Notes under the pieces: model-generated
Databases searched by the model: none
What the model saw: the letters and a program-made list of their open reading frames with translations, nothing else
What the model was told of the DNA's origin: nothing
Shown here: positions 37,527 through 45,213 of the stretch, one piece after another
How positions within the stretch are numbered: the first letter of the stretch is position 1
Layout of the letters: the number at the start of each line of letters is the position of its first letter
Program-made: the position numbers and the translations under genes
Origin: an uncultured Bacteroidales bacterium
Lineage (GTDB): Bacteria; Bacteroidota; Bacteroidia; Bacteroidales; WCHB1-69
Reading direction: 5' to 3'
Length of the DNA stretch: 64,000 nt
Assembly: GCA_905235135.1 (NCBI GenBank)
Contig: CAJOKR010000013.1
Span: forward strand, 82-64,081

Positions 37527-37607
37527 TGCGGATGGGGGGACTCGAACCCCCACGGCTTACGCCACCAGATCCTAAGTCTGGCGCGGCTACCATTACGCCA
37601 CATCCGC
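37527..37607 (-). tRNA. tRNA-Leu (anticodon TAG)
   Basis: The reverse complement GCGGATGTGGCGTAATGGTAGCCGCGCCAGACTTAGGATCTGG...GGTTCGAGTCCCCCCATCCGCA folds as a cloverleaf. Acceptor GCGGATG/CATCCGC, anticodon loop CTTAGGA, long variable arm. Confidence 0.9.
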
Positions 37608-37623
37608 AATTTTTTTGAGGGCG

Positions 37624-37631
37624 CAAAAGTA
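37624..37631 (-). promoter_or_regulatory. -7 promoter box (TACTTTTG) for tRNA-Leu
   Basis: Reverse complement matches TAnnTTTG, 17 nt upstream of the tRNA 5' end. Confidence 0.55.
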
Positions 37632-37687
37632 CGATTTTTTTTGATTCTGCGTGATGGCATGTTAATATTTACGTTGACGATTCTGAT

Positions 37688-37760
37688 ATTGGCTATTAGC
37701 CGTTAGCTGTTGGCTTTAGCTATCGTAAAAGCTAATGGCCAAAAGCCAATAGCTAAAAGC
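37688..37760. repeat. heptamer-array hairpin (TTAGCTN / AGCTAAN type)
   Basis: Left arm ATTGGCT ATTAGCC GTTAGCT GTTGGCT TTAGCTA. Right arm AAAAGCT AATGGCC AAAAGCC AATAGCT AAAAGC. Confidence 0.8.
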
Positions 37761-37770
37761 AAAAAATTCG

Positions 37771-37778
37771 TACTTTTG
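37771..37778 (+). promoter_or_regulatory. -7 promoter box (TACTTTTG)
   Basis: TAnnTTTG only 10 nt upstream of ATG 37788, implying a nearly leaderless transcript. Confidence 0.45.
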
Positions 37779-37787
37779 CCGCCGATT

Positions 37788-38888
37788 ATGAATTGGAGAT
37801 TCACACGGAAGAAAGAGGAAGAACGCGCCGTCTCGCTGTCGGCGCTCACCTGGCAGCGTTTCAAGAAAGAACGCCAGGCTATCGTGTCGTTAGCCTACAT
37901 CGGGCTGGTCATCGTCATCGCCATCCTCGGCTATCTCATCACCCCCGACTCCACCCCCTTCTGCAACCACCAACAGCTCGAAATCGCCCTCCAGAAGCCC
38001 GGATTCACCGTGCAGATGCTGGAGCTCAAACCCGAACAAACCGTGCCGCATGTCAACTTCCTCAAGAAGATGCTGTTCGGACAACCCGCTGAATACAAGA
38101 CTGTTCCGATAGACACTTACACCGTTACTGGAGATTCGGTGACGGTGAAACTGTTTCAGCAGGCATATAACGAGACCTACGCCAAAGCCGACCTCTCGCC
38201 GCGGATGGTGAAGCAGCAGCGGTTCCTGCTCGGCACCGACCGATACGGTCGCGATGTGCTCAGCCAGCTGATGATCGGTGCGCGCGTGAGCCTCTCCGTC
38301 GGCTTCCTCTCCATCTTCATCGCCCTGTTTATCGGCACCTTGGTGGGCGCCACCGCCGGTTACTACCGCGGCAAGGTCGATGACATGCTCACATTCCTCA
38401 TCAACGTGGTGTGGTCCATCCCCACCCTACTCCTCGTCATCGCCATCAGCTTCGCCCTCGGCAAGGGGTTCTGGAAGATCTTCATCGCCATCGGTCTGAC
38501 TATGTGGGTCGATATCGCCCGTGTGGTGCGCGGACAGTTCCTGAGTCTGCGCGAACAGGACTTCGTGGAGTCCGCCAGAGCGCTGGGCTACAGTAACTTC
38601 CGCATCATCGTCAAGCACATCCTGCCCAACATCACGGGCACGCTCATCGTGATTGCGGCTTCCAATTTCTCGTCGGCCATCCTGATGGAGGCGGGCTTGA
38701 GCTTCCTCGGACTCGGTGTGCAGCCCCCCACCCCGTCGTGGGGCATGATGATGAAGGAGAACTACGCCTGCATCGTGCTCAACAACGCCTACCTCGCCAT
38801 CATCCCCGGCGTGGCCATCATGCTGTTGGTGCTATCGTTCATGCTGATTGGCAATGCGTTAAGGGACGCGATGGACGTGCGGAGTTAA
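37788..38888 (+). CDS. ABC transporter permease (DppC/OppC-like)
   Basis: Start chosen at ATG 37788. N-terminal extension with one TM segment, then a binding-protein-dependent transport inner-membrane component (EAA-like region SARALGYSNFRIIVKHILPNI). Confidence 0.8.
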   Translation: MNWRFTRKKEEERAVSLSALTWQRFKKERQAIVSLAYIGLVIVIAILGYLITPDSTPFCNHQQLEIALQKPGFTVQMLELKPEQTVPHVNFLKKMLFGQPAEYKTVPIDTYTVTGDSVTVKLFQQAYNETYAKADLSPRMVKQQRFLLGTDRYGRDVLSQLMIGARVSLSVGFLSIFIALFIGTLVGATAGYYRGKVDDMLTFLINVVWSIPTLLLVIAISFALGKGFWKIFIAIGLTMWVDIARVVRGQFLSLREQDFVESARALGYSNFRIIVKHILPNITGTLIVIAASNFSSAILMEAGLSFLGLGVQPPTPSWGMMMKENYACIVLNNAYLAIIPGVAIMLLVLSFMLIGNALRDAMDVRS

Positions 38889-38928
38889 TGTAGAATGAAG
38901 AATGTAGAATGAAGAATGAAGAATAACG
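38887..38928. repeat. heptamer array (AATGTAG/AATGAAG type)
   Basis: AATGTAG AATGAAG AATGTAG AATGAAG AATGAAG AATAACG. Overlaps the permease TAA 38886-38888. Confidence 0.85.
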
Positions 38929-38937
38929 GTGATAATA

Positions 38938-39405
38938 ATGGAAGAGGCTGTTGAGCTTTACCGGTGTTATCCAAATCGTGGATATGGATATTTTTGGATA
39001 TTGGTGTTGCTATTTTTGATAGGAATGCCCCTTAAGTTTGCCATTAGCCTTGGTGATATCTTTGAATTAATTTGGGGATTGTTACTCTGTTCTCCCCTTA
39101 TTGTGTTGAGTGTTGAACAAATGCTATGGCATCTTTTTGGGGAGGAAAGCGCAACAATAGAGGGTGATCTCCTCATTATTCGCCGTACAAATAGGCTTTT
39201 TCGTCGATATTGGTCTTGTTCGTTGTGTGAAATCGAGTCTGTGGATTACTATGAAAAGTCAGGTTGGCAAAAGTTTCTTAAAAGTGCTTGGGGAATATTC
39301 ATGTCTTCACATAACACACTATATATCGAGCTTTCAACTTCACAGTGCAAATACCCCATTGCTCCGAACTCGGTGAAGAAGACTGGTTATACCCGGACAA
39401 AGTGA
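38938..39405 (+). CDS. hypothetical membrane protein
   Basis: About 155 aa from ATG 38938. Two hydrophobic helices (YFWILVLLFLIGMPL, LIWGLLLCSPLIVL). AT-richer than its neighbours. Confidence 0.45.
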   Translation: MEEAVELYRCYPNRGYGYFWILVLLFLIGMPLKFAISLGDIFELIWGLLLCSPLIVLSVEQMLWHLFGEESATIEGDLLIIRRTNRLFRRYWSCSLCEIESVDYYEKSGWQKFLKSAWGIFMSSHNTLYIELSTSQCKYPIAPNSVKKTGYTRTK

Positions 39406-39527
39406 TCGCTCGTTTGAGGAAGGCTGTCGCCGCTGCAAAGGTGCGCGAAGGTATAAAGGCTGAGGAGGAGTACTGGGAGGCGGTTGAGGAGTTTCGTGAA
39501 GATGACGAAGAAATCAGCAATGCATAA
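39345..39527 (+). CDS. possible small acidic protein, or a frameshifted 3' end of the previous gene
   Basis: 60 codons from GTG. GC3-rich, coding-looking (GEEDWLYPDKVIARLRKAVAAAKV...EEFREDDEEISNA). Overlaps 38938..39405 in another frame. Confidence 0.3.
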   Translation: MQIPHCSELGEEDWLYPDKVIARLRKAVAAAKVREGIKAEEEYWEAVEEFREDDEEISNA

Positions 39528-39572
39528 TCTCCGCGTGATATAATCTCCGCGTATCACTCGTATCTTCGCGTA

Positions 39573-39857
39573 TCATATACGTGCAGATACGCGTGATTCG
39601 TGGAGATCAATCCAAGATTCCAACTCTGCCACGCGTTTACGGTAATTCTCAATTTGTCCTTCAATGAAGTCGTCGCTGAACTTGCGATCGCAGAAGCCGT
39701 TGCCCCGCGCCACGTACTCGTCGTCCTCCAGCGAGCCGTACAGTTCCAGATAGTTGTCCAGATACTCCTGATTCTCACGCAGCAGGCGCTTCAAATCCTC
39801 CACATCGGCCTCGATCGTCTCGCCCGACGAAAAGCGGTATTGTCTCTTTTTCTGCAT
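39573..39857 (-). CDS. hypothetical protein
   Basis: 94 aa, predicted helical/acidic. A -7 box lies 26 nt upstream. Confidence 0.5.
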   Translation of the reverse strand: MQKKRQYRFSSGETIEADVEDLKRLLRENQEYLDNYLELYGSLEDDEYVARGNGFCDRKFSDDFIEGQIENYRKRVAELESWIDLHESRVSARI

Positions 39858-39882
39858 TTTGGGTAGGTGTCTTTATTTGCGG

Positions 39883-39890
39883 CAAAAATA
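39883..39890 (-). promoter_or_regulatory. -7 promoter box (TATTTTTG)
   Basis: Lies within a 25-nt block (39881-39905) identical to 59872-59896. Confidence 0.5.
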
Positions 39891-39931
39891 CAATATTTTC
39901 GAAACATTAAGAGAAACTATAATAAGAGGTT

Positions 39932-40030
39932 CGCAAGCAGGTGCTGTCGATGCCCCGCTGGGAACCCGCCACCAAGGAGGAAGTACCTGTCTCCTACTCT
40001 GTTGCGATTGCGGTGAGTGATCCACGATAA
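39932..40030 (+). pseudogene. relic 3' end of a paralog of gene 57332..58060
   Basis: About 90 nt align without gaps to 57962-58048, with roughly 10 mismatches. Reads RKQVLSMPRWEPATKEEVPVSYSVAIAVSDPR then stop. No upstream coding part. Confidence 0.6.
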
Positions 40031-40122
40031 TATAATTTTCAGGTTTCGCATGTTTTGAAGACAACTTGGACAATTTGGACAACACTTTTTTATGGTAGTC
40101 GCCTCCTACCGAGTTTCAATCC

Positions 40123-40569
40123 CTATTGGGGGTTGGCTGCAACCGCACGCTTCATCCGTTCAATCTCTTCCTCAATTCCTTCCTTGCCCCAGCGTTTGGC
40201 CCTGCGGTACCAGCGTAGCGCCTCGCGCGGGTCGGGCTCCACACCTTCGCCGTTCTCGTAACAAATCGCCAAATTGTTGGCCGCTTCCTCATCCATATAA
40301 GTGCTGCGAATGGCCTTTTTGTACATCGCAAATGCTTTGTGGTTGATTTGGGTACCACGTCCTAAAGAATAGCAAACCCCAAGATTGTTGTATGCCATTG
40401 AACATCCATTTTCCACAGCTTTCTGCAACCAGAAGAACTCTTTGTCGAAATCCTTTTCCACATAATCACCATAATGATACCGCAGGGATAGGTCGTATTG
40501 CGCAGGTCCATACCCTTGTTCGGCCGCTTGTTGCATCATCTTGAAGCCCAATGGACGGTTCCGGCGCAC
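40123..40569 (-). CDS. Sel1-repeat protein, downstream half (same frame as 40594..41067)
   Basis: Sel1/TPR-like repeats (AAEQGYGPAQYDLSLRY, AVENGCSMAYNNLGVCY). Only a GTG start. The frame is open up to TGA 40594-40596. Confidence 0.65.
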   Translation of the reverse strand: MRRNRPLGFKMMQQAAEQGYGPAQYDLSLRYHYGDYVEKDFDKEFFWLQKAVENGCSMAYNNLGVCYSLGRGTQINHKAFAMYKKAIRSTYMDEEAANNLAICYENGEGVEPDPREALRWYRRAKRWGKEGIEEEIERMKRAVAANPQ

Positions 40570-40593
40570 CCCATCTCCATCAAAAAAACATCC

Positions 40594-41067
40594 TCATAGC
40601 AGGGATATGGCATTGATTTCTCCTTTTTTTGCCACTTTGCGTAACCAATAGACAGCCAAACGTTTATCTTGTTCCCGATCACGTTTCTCCTTGCTCTCCA
40701 AACCAATCAAACCCTTTCCCAATAATAAAGCAAGATTGAACATGGCGCTTATGTTTCCTCCCTTTGCGGCACACTCGTACCAATGTGCGGCCTTGTCCCA
40801 ATCAATTTCTTCCACGCCCACTCCATCGTCGTAGGCCAGTCCGAGGTCAAATTGGGCCACCGCATCACCCCGTTCCGCAGCAATGGTGAATAACTCCACC
40901 CCTTTCTCCGGGTCACGCTTCACCTTACCACGCTTTCCGTAATAGTAGTCATACCCTAAATCGGTAATCTCCCAAATCTGTTTCTTGCTTAGCGGCTTAC
41001 CCGATTCACGTAGCGCAATGGCCTTTTCGTAGGTCATCTGGTTCGGATTGTTGTTTGGTGTTGCCAT
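40594..41067 (-). CDS. Sel1-repeat protein, upstream half
   Basis: 157 aa. Sel1 repeats (AAERGDAVAQFDLGLAY, AAKGGNISAMFNLALLL). A -7 box lies upstream. Ends at a TGA in the middle of a repeat. Confidence 0.7.
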   Translation of the reverse strand: MATPNNNPNQMTYEKAIALRESGKPLSKKQIWEITDLGYDYYYGKRGKVKRDPEKGVELFTIAAERGDAVAQFDLGLAYDDGVGVEEIDWDKAAHWYECAAKGGNISAMFNLALLLGKGLIGLESKEKRDREQDKRLAVYWLRKVAKKGEINAISLL

Positions 41068-41091
41068 ATCTCTCGTATGTATTTAGTTCGG

Positions 41092-41099
41092 CAAAAATA
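41092..41099 (-). promoter_or_regulatory. -7 promoter box (TATTTTTG)
   Basis: Reverse complement matches TAnnTTTG, 25 nt upstream of ATG 41067. Confidence 0.5.
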
Positions 41100-41169
41100 C
41101 ACTTTTTCCATCAAGTGAAATGCTGTAAAATTATTTTTTGACATACACTTTATGTTATTTATTTTTTTG

Positions 41170-41177
41170 TATCTTTG
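41170..41177 (+). promoter_or_regulatory. -7 promoter box (TATCTTTG)
   Basis: TAnnTTTG, 31 nt upstream of GTG 41208. Confidence 0.5.
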
Positions 41178-41207
41178 CGGTCTGGAATTTAAACTAAATT
41201 TGAACTT

Positions 41208-41540
41208 GTGAAGATATCGTTTGTTGACCATAACCTGAAGAAATATGCATCCAATGAGAAGGTGTGCAAAAAGAAGCTCGGAGAAAAACGGGCGAATCTG
41301 TTTCTGCGCCGTATCAGTGAGTTAACGGCTGCCAACACGCTTGAAGATGTACGCTATCTGCCAGGCCATTATCACGAATTGACAGGAGACAGGAAAGGTC
41401 AATGGGCCTGCGATTTGGACCAGCCATATCGTTTGGTTTTCAGACCTTCTGAGGAGCCTATACCCGAAGATGAACATCATCGATATATTTGGGCTGAGAT
41501 ATTGGAGGTCGATGTTATGAATATTGTTGATTATCATTGA
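41208..41540 (+). CDS. higB: HigB-type toxin (plasmid maintenance system killer family)
   Basis: 110 aa. ISFVDHNLKK...LPGHYHELTGDRKGQWACDLDQPYRLVF...VDYH matches the killer-protein/HigB pattern. Confidence 0.7.
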   Translation: MKISFVDHNLKKYASNEKVCKKKLGEKRANLFLRRISELTAANTLEDVRYLPGHYHELTGDRKGQWACDLDQPYRLVFRPSEEPIPEDEHHRYIWAEILEVDVMNIVDYH

Positions 41541-41559
41541 AAAAGAAAAGACGAGTAAT

Positions 41560-42669
41560 ATGCCTGATAAAGAACATTTTAAATTGGTTTACGCTTATCA
41601 TCCGGGGGAAACGCTCCGGGAGAAACTTCAGGAAATGGAGATGAGCATCAAAGAATTCGCCATTCGGACGACCAAGCCCGAAAAGACCATCAATGCGGTT
41701 TTGATTGGCGAAAGTGCCGTCACACCCGACATGTCCATCGCTTTTGAGCAAGTCACCAGGATTCCCGCTCATTTCTGGTTGAATCTTCAGCGCAATTTCG
41801 ACGAATATGTGGCACGACAGAAACGCGAGGCGATATGCCAAGATGAGCAGACTATCGAATGGGCGAAACAATTCCCTTACGTGGCTATGGCGAATCTGGG
41901 CTGGATTGAGAAAACACGAATAACGTCAGAAAAAATCATGAATTTGCTCTCCTTTTTCAGGATCACGTCCGTCAAAGCCTGGGAAGATTATTTCATAAAC
42001 CAAGCCCTGAAATCCGCTTTTAGAATTTCCCTTTCAGGAGCAAAAGACCCGTACGCAATCTCCGCTTGGTTAAGGCAGGGGGAAATCCAAGCTGCAGAAT
42101 GCAAAACGAAAAATCCTTATTCGGAAGCCGCTTTAAAAGGGATTATACCAAAATTGCTCTTGCTCATCAAAGACCAACCTGATGATTTTGCCGTACAACT
42201 CAGCGATTTGTGTTCGAAAGCTGGTGTGAAAATCCTCTATACTGCACACATTCCCCACGCTCCTATCAATGGTTGCACGCGATGGATCGACAATGTCCCC
42301 TGCATCCAAATGACTGATAAACAAAAGCGGAACGATGTCTTCTGGTTCTCTTTCTTTCACGAAGTAGGTCATATATTGTTACATGGGAAAAGGGATGTTT
42401 TTCTGGAGGATGTTGAGCATCGGGAAGCACTTAAACAAAAAGAGGAGGAAGCGGACCGATTCGCAGCGGAACAACTTCTCAGCCATAATGCCGAAAATGA
42501 GATTATCCAAGAATTGGATGGTGCCCAACCGACAAAACAGTTCATTGTCGATCAAGCAAATCGGTATCAAACCCATCCCGCCATCATTGTCGGTCGTCTG
42601 CAACATAGTGGAATTATACGGCAGGATTCCGCGTTGAACAGTTTCAAAGTACCTGTCAATTTGTTTTGA
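41560..42669 (+). CDS. HigA-like HTH antitoxin fused to an ImmA/IrrE (M78) metallopeptidase domain
   Basis: The N-terminus HPGETLREKLQEMEMSIKEFAIRTTKPEKTINAVLIGESAVTPDMSIAF is a HigA/VapI-type HTH. The C-terminus has HEVGHILLH plus a downstream EEEADRFAAE segment, typical of ImmA/IrrE. Confidence 0.7.
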   Translation: MPDKEHFKLVYAYHPGETLREKLQEMEMSIKEFAIRTTKPEKTINAVLIGESAVTPDMSIAFEQVTRIPAHFWLNLQRNFDEYVARQKREAICQDEQTIEWAKQFPYVAMANLGWIEKTRITSEKIMNLLSFFRITSVKAWEDYFINQALKSAFRISLSGAKDPYAISAWLRQGEIQAAECKTKNPYSEAALKGIIPKLLLLIKDQPDDFAVQLSDLCSKAGVKILYTAHIPHAPINGCTRWIDNVPCIQMTDKQKRNDVFWFSFFHEVGHILLHGKRDVFLEDVEHREALKQKEEEADRFAAEQLLSHNAENEIIQELDGAQPTKQFIVDQANRYQTHPAIIVGRLQHSGIIRQDSALNSFKVPVNLF

Positions 42670-42733
42670 AACAAACATTTCTTTGAAAGTTCAACTTGGA
42701 AAGTTATAAAATCGAAGTTGTTCGATTTTTTTG

Positions 42734-42741
42734 TACTTTTG
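42734..42741 (+). promoter_or_regulatory. -7 promoter box (TACTTTTG)
   Basis: TAnnTTTG upstream of ATG 42803. Confidence 0.45.
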
Positions 42742-42802
42742 CCGTCGAACTACTAACAAGTAGTGTTTTTGAGATTCGCTTTAATAATTTAAGATAGTAA
42801 AA

Positions 42803-43490
42803 ATGAAACAAATCTTACTCACAGTCATATTCGTAGCCATAACCGTCTTTTGCTTTGCTCAAGACATTATTGTCACCACCGATGCTCGAAAGATCGATGC
42901 CAAAATTATGGAAGTTTCGGAAACGGAAGTGAAGTATAAAGAGACTGACAATCTTGACGGTCCCACATTTATTATCTCCACAAACAACATCAGTTCCATT
43001 ATTTATGCCAATGGAAAAGTCTCACTTTATCAGCAATCATCTACGGAAGGGAAGAATCAAGTCGATATGGAGTCTGGGGCAAGTTATATTACTCGTTTAG
43101 GAGATACGTACACCTATAATGGATATGTGATGAAAGGTGATGCTTATGCCAATTTCTTGAGAAACAATTGTTTAAAAGCATACGAAATGTATCACAAAGG
43201 ACATGTTATATCATACGCTGGTGTCTTGTTTCTTTCTGTCGGTGTCGGACTTGAAGTCGGTACTTTGATAGGGGGGAGCCATTGCAGGTGGTTATTTCAA
43301 CATGCCTATCATTTATTGCGGTTTAGGCTGTTTGGCGGTAAGCATTCCTTTAGTTATAATCGGTTATGACAAGATGCATCAAAGTGTGGATATTTTCAAT
43401 CAAGAGTGTGCGCTAAACACCTATCGAACGCAAAGTTTCTGGAGTATCAATACAGGGCGACAAGGTGTTGGTCTCGCATTTAATTTCTGA
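42803..43490 (+). pseudogene. secreted/membrane-anchored hypothetical protein interrupted at a G6 run
   Basis: Signal peptide MKQILLTVIFVAITVFCFAQ. ORFs 42803..43369 and 43302..43490 join into one sensible TM-containing protein (..EVGTLIGGAIAGGYFNMPIIYCGLG..) if G6 at 43271-43276 is read as G5. Confidence 0.6.
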
Positions 43491-43644
43491 ACAGATTGCA
43501 CAATTTCCATACGGCAGACACCACGATATCATGCCTCTTGATGTTGTTAGTCTTTAACAGTTTATCTTCATCGCCTTATCGTGTCATCGGTTTTCGTCGC
43601 GAAAGAAATTTCGCCCCATTCGCACAATTCGCCGACAAAAATCG

Positions 43645-43652
43645 TATCTTTG
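43645..43652 (+). promoter_or_regulatory. -7 promoter box (TATCTTTG)
   Basis: TAnnTTTG, 23 nt upstream of ATG 43675. Confidence 0.5.
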
Positions 43653-43674
43653 CCGCATCAAAAAAAACAACGAT

Positions 43675-45171
43675 ATGCAATTGGAATTCACGTTTGAAGA
43701 TAAAGATTTTATGACCCAGCGCGGGAGTGACCCCGTGCAGGTGGAACAGCAGTTCGCCAACTTTGAGAAAGGCTTCCCCTTCGCCGACATCGACCGGCCC
43801 GCAACCGTGGACGACGGCATCCTGCGCCTCGATGAGGAAGAGACCGCCGCTCTGGAGGCCGAATACCCCTACGCCATCGAGGGCAAGAGGATCGAGAAGT
43901 TCGTGCCCGCGTCCGGCGCAGCTTCCCGCATGTTCAAGGACCTCTACGCTCTGCTCGGCGACAATCTCGACGACAAGCAACAGGAGCTGGCGAAGACCTT
44001 CCTCGCCACCCTACCCCGCTACCCTTTCTATGAGGCGCTCAAGAAGGCGATGGCCGACAAACAGCTCGACCTCGATGCCGAAATCCAGAAGGGAAACTTC
44101 CGCCTCATTATCCAATACCTTCTTGAGAAAGAGGGACTTAACTACGGCAACCTGCCCAAAGGTCTGCTGCTCTTCCATCGCTACAACAACGAAATCCGCA
44201 CCGCTCTGGAGGAACATTTCGTGGAGGCTGCACTTTACGCCACCTCCGGTACTGACGCGTACCTGCACTTCACTGTCTCCGAACACCATTTGGAGCTCTT
44301 CAAGGCGAAAGTGGCGGAAATCCAGCCCATTTACGAGGAACGTTTCGGGGTGAAATACCACGTCACCTTCTCGATGCAGGCTGCCTCCACTGACACGCTC
44401 GCGGCCACGGCTGACAACGAGCCTTTCCGTGACGAAAACGGTAAACTGCTGTTCCGTCCCGGCGGACACGGCGCGCTCATCTACAACGTCAACAACCGCG
44501 ACGCCGACATCCTCTTTGTGAAGAACATCGACAACGTCACCAAAGACCAAAACCTGGCCCCCACCGTCATCTACAAGAAGGTGTTAGCGGCTTATCTGGC
44601 GCAGCTACAAAGCATTCAGTTTCAATACCTTAAAATCTTGGAAGCTGGCGAAGTCGATCCGATGATGCTCTGCGAAATCATGGACTTTGCCGAGTCGAAG
44701 CTGATGATTTCTGTCGGGGAACAGCCCACTGCCGAGGAACTTTATGCGCTGATGAACAGACCGGTGCGTCTCTGCGGCATGGTGAAGAACGAGGGCGAGC
44801 CCGGCGGCGGTCCCTTCTGGGTGCGCGATGCCGAGGGCAACTGCTCACTTCAGATTGTGGAGTCGTCGCAGATCGACAAGAACGACCCTGGGAAGGCTGC
44901 CATCATGGCGAAAGCCACGCACTTCAACCCCGTGGATATGGTGTGCGCCATCAAGAACTACAAGGGCGAGAAGTTCGACCTGCTACAGTACGTCGATCCC
45001 AACACGGGCTTCATCTCTTCGAAATCCTACAACGGCAAGACATTGAAAGCCATGGAGTTGCCCGGTCTTTGGAACGGCGCGATGGCCAACTGGATTACTA
45101 TATTCGTGGAAGTGCCGCTGGCCACGTTCAACCCGGTGAAGACGGTGTTTGATCTGTTGAAACGGAACTAA
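43675..45171 (+). CDS. DUF4301-like protein
   Basis: 498 aa, soluble. The N-terminal FTFEDKDFMTQRGSDPVQVEQQFANFEKGFPF is recalled as typical of Bacteroidota DUF4301 proteins. Function unknown. Confidence 0.55.
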   Translation: MQLEFTFEDKDFMTQRGSDPVQVEQQFANFEKGFPFADIDRPATVDDGILRLDEEETAALEAEYPYAIEGKRIEKFVPASGAASRMFKDLYALLGDNLDDKQQELAKTFLATLPRYPFYEALKKAMADKQLDLDAEIQKGNFRLIIQYLLEKEGLNYGNLPKGLLLFHRYNNEIRTALEEHFVEAALYATSGTDAYLHFTVSEHHLELFKAKVAEIQPIYEERFGVKYHVTFSMQAASTDTLAATADNEPFRDENGKLLFRPGGHGALIYNVNNRDADILFVKNIDNVTKDQNLAPTVIYKKVLAAYLAQLQSIQFQYLKILEAGEVDPMMLCEIMDFAESKLMISVGEQPTAEELYALMNRPVRLCGMVKNEGEPGGGPFWVRDAEGNCSLQIVESSQIDKNDPGKAAIMAKATHFNPVDMVCAIKNYKGEKFDLLQYVDPNTGFISSKSYNGKTLKAMELPGLWNGAMANWITIFVEVPLATFNPVKTVFDLLKRN

Positions 45172-45213
45172 ACAACGAAATACGTACTTTATTTACTTGA
45201 CGGGAGGGTGCGG

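Noticed and set aside
37788-38888. Orphan ABC permease as an unusual system
   Set aside because: A single DppC/OppC-like permease without its partners in view may simply reflect the operon being split by the tRNA-Leu islet, or partners encoded elsewhere. Nothing in the sequence itself is abnormal.
26749-40596. Genetic-code reassignment of TGA (to Trp or Gly) as an explanation for the two in-frame TGAs
   Set aside because: TGA clearly terminates other well-supported genes here, for example 4629..6272, 21216..21539 and 41560..42669. The two sites would also need different amino acids (Trp and Gly).
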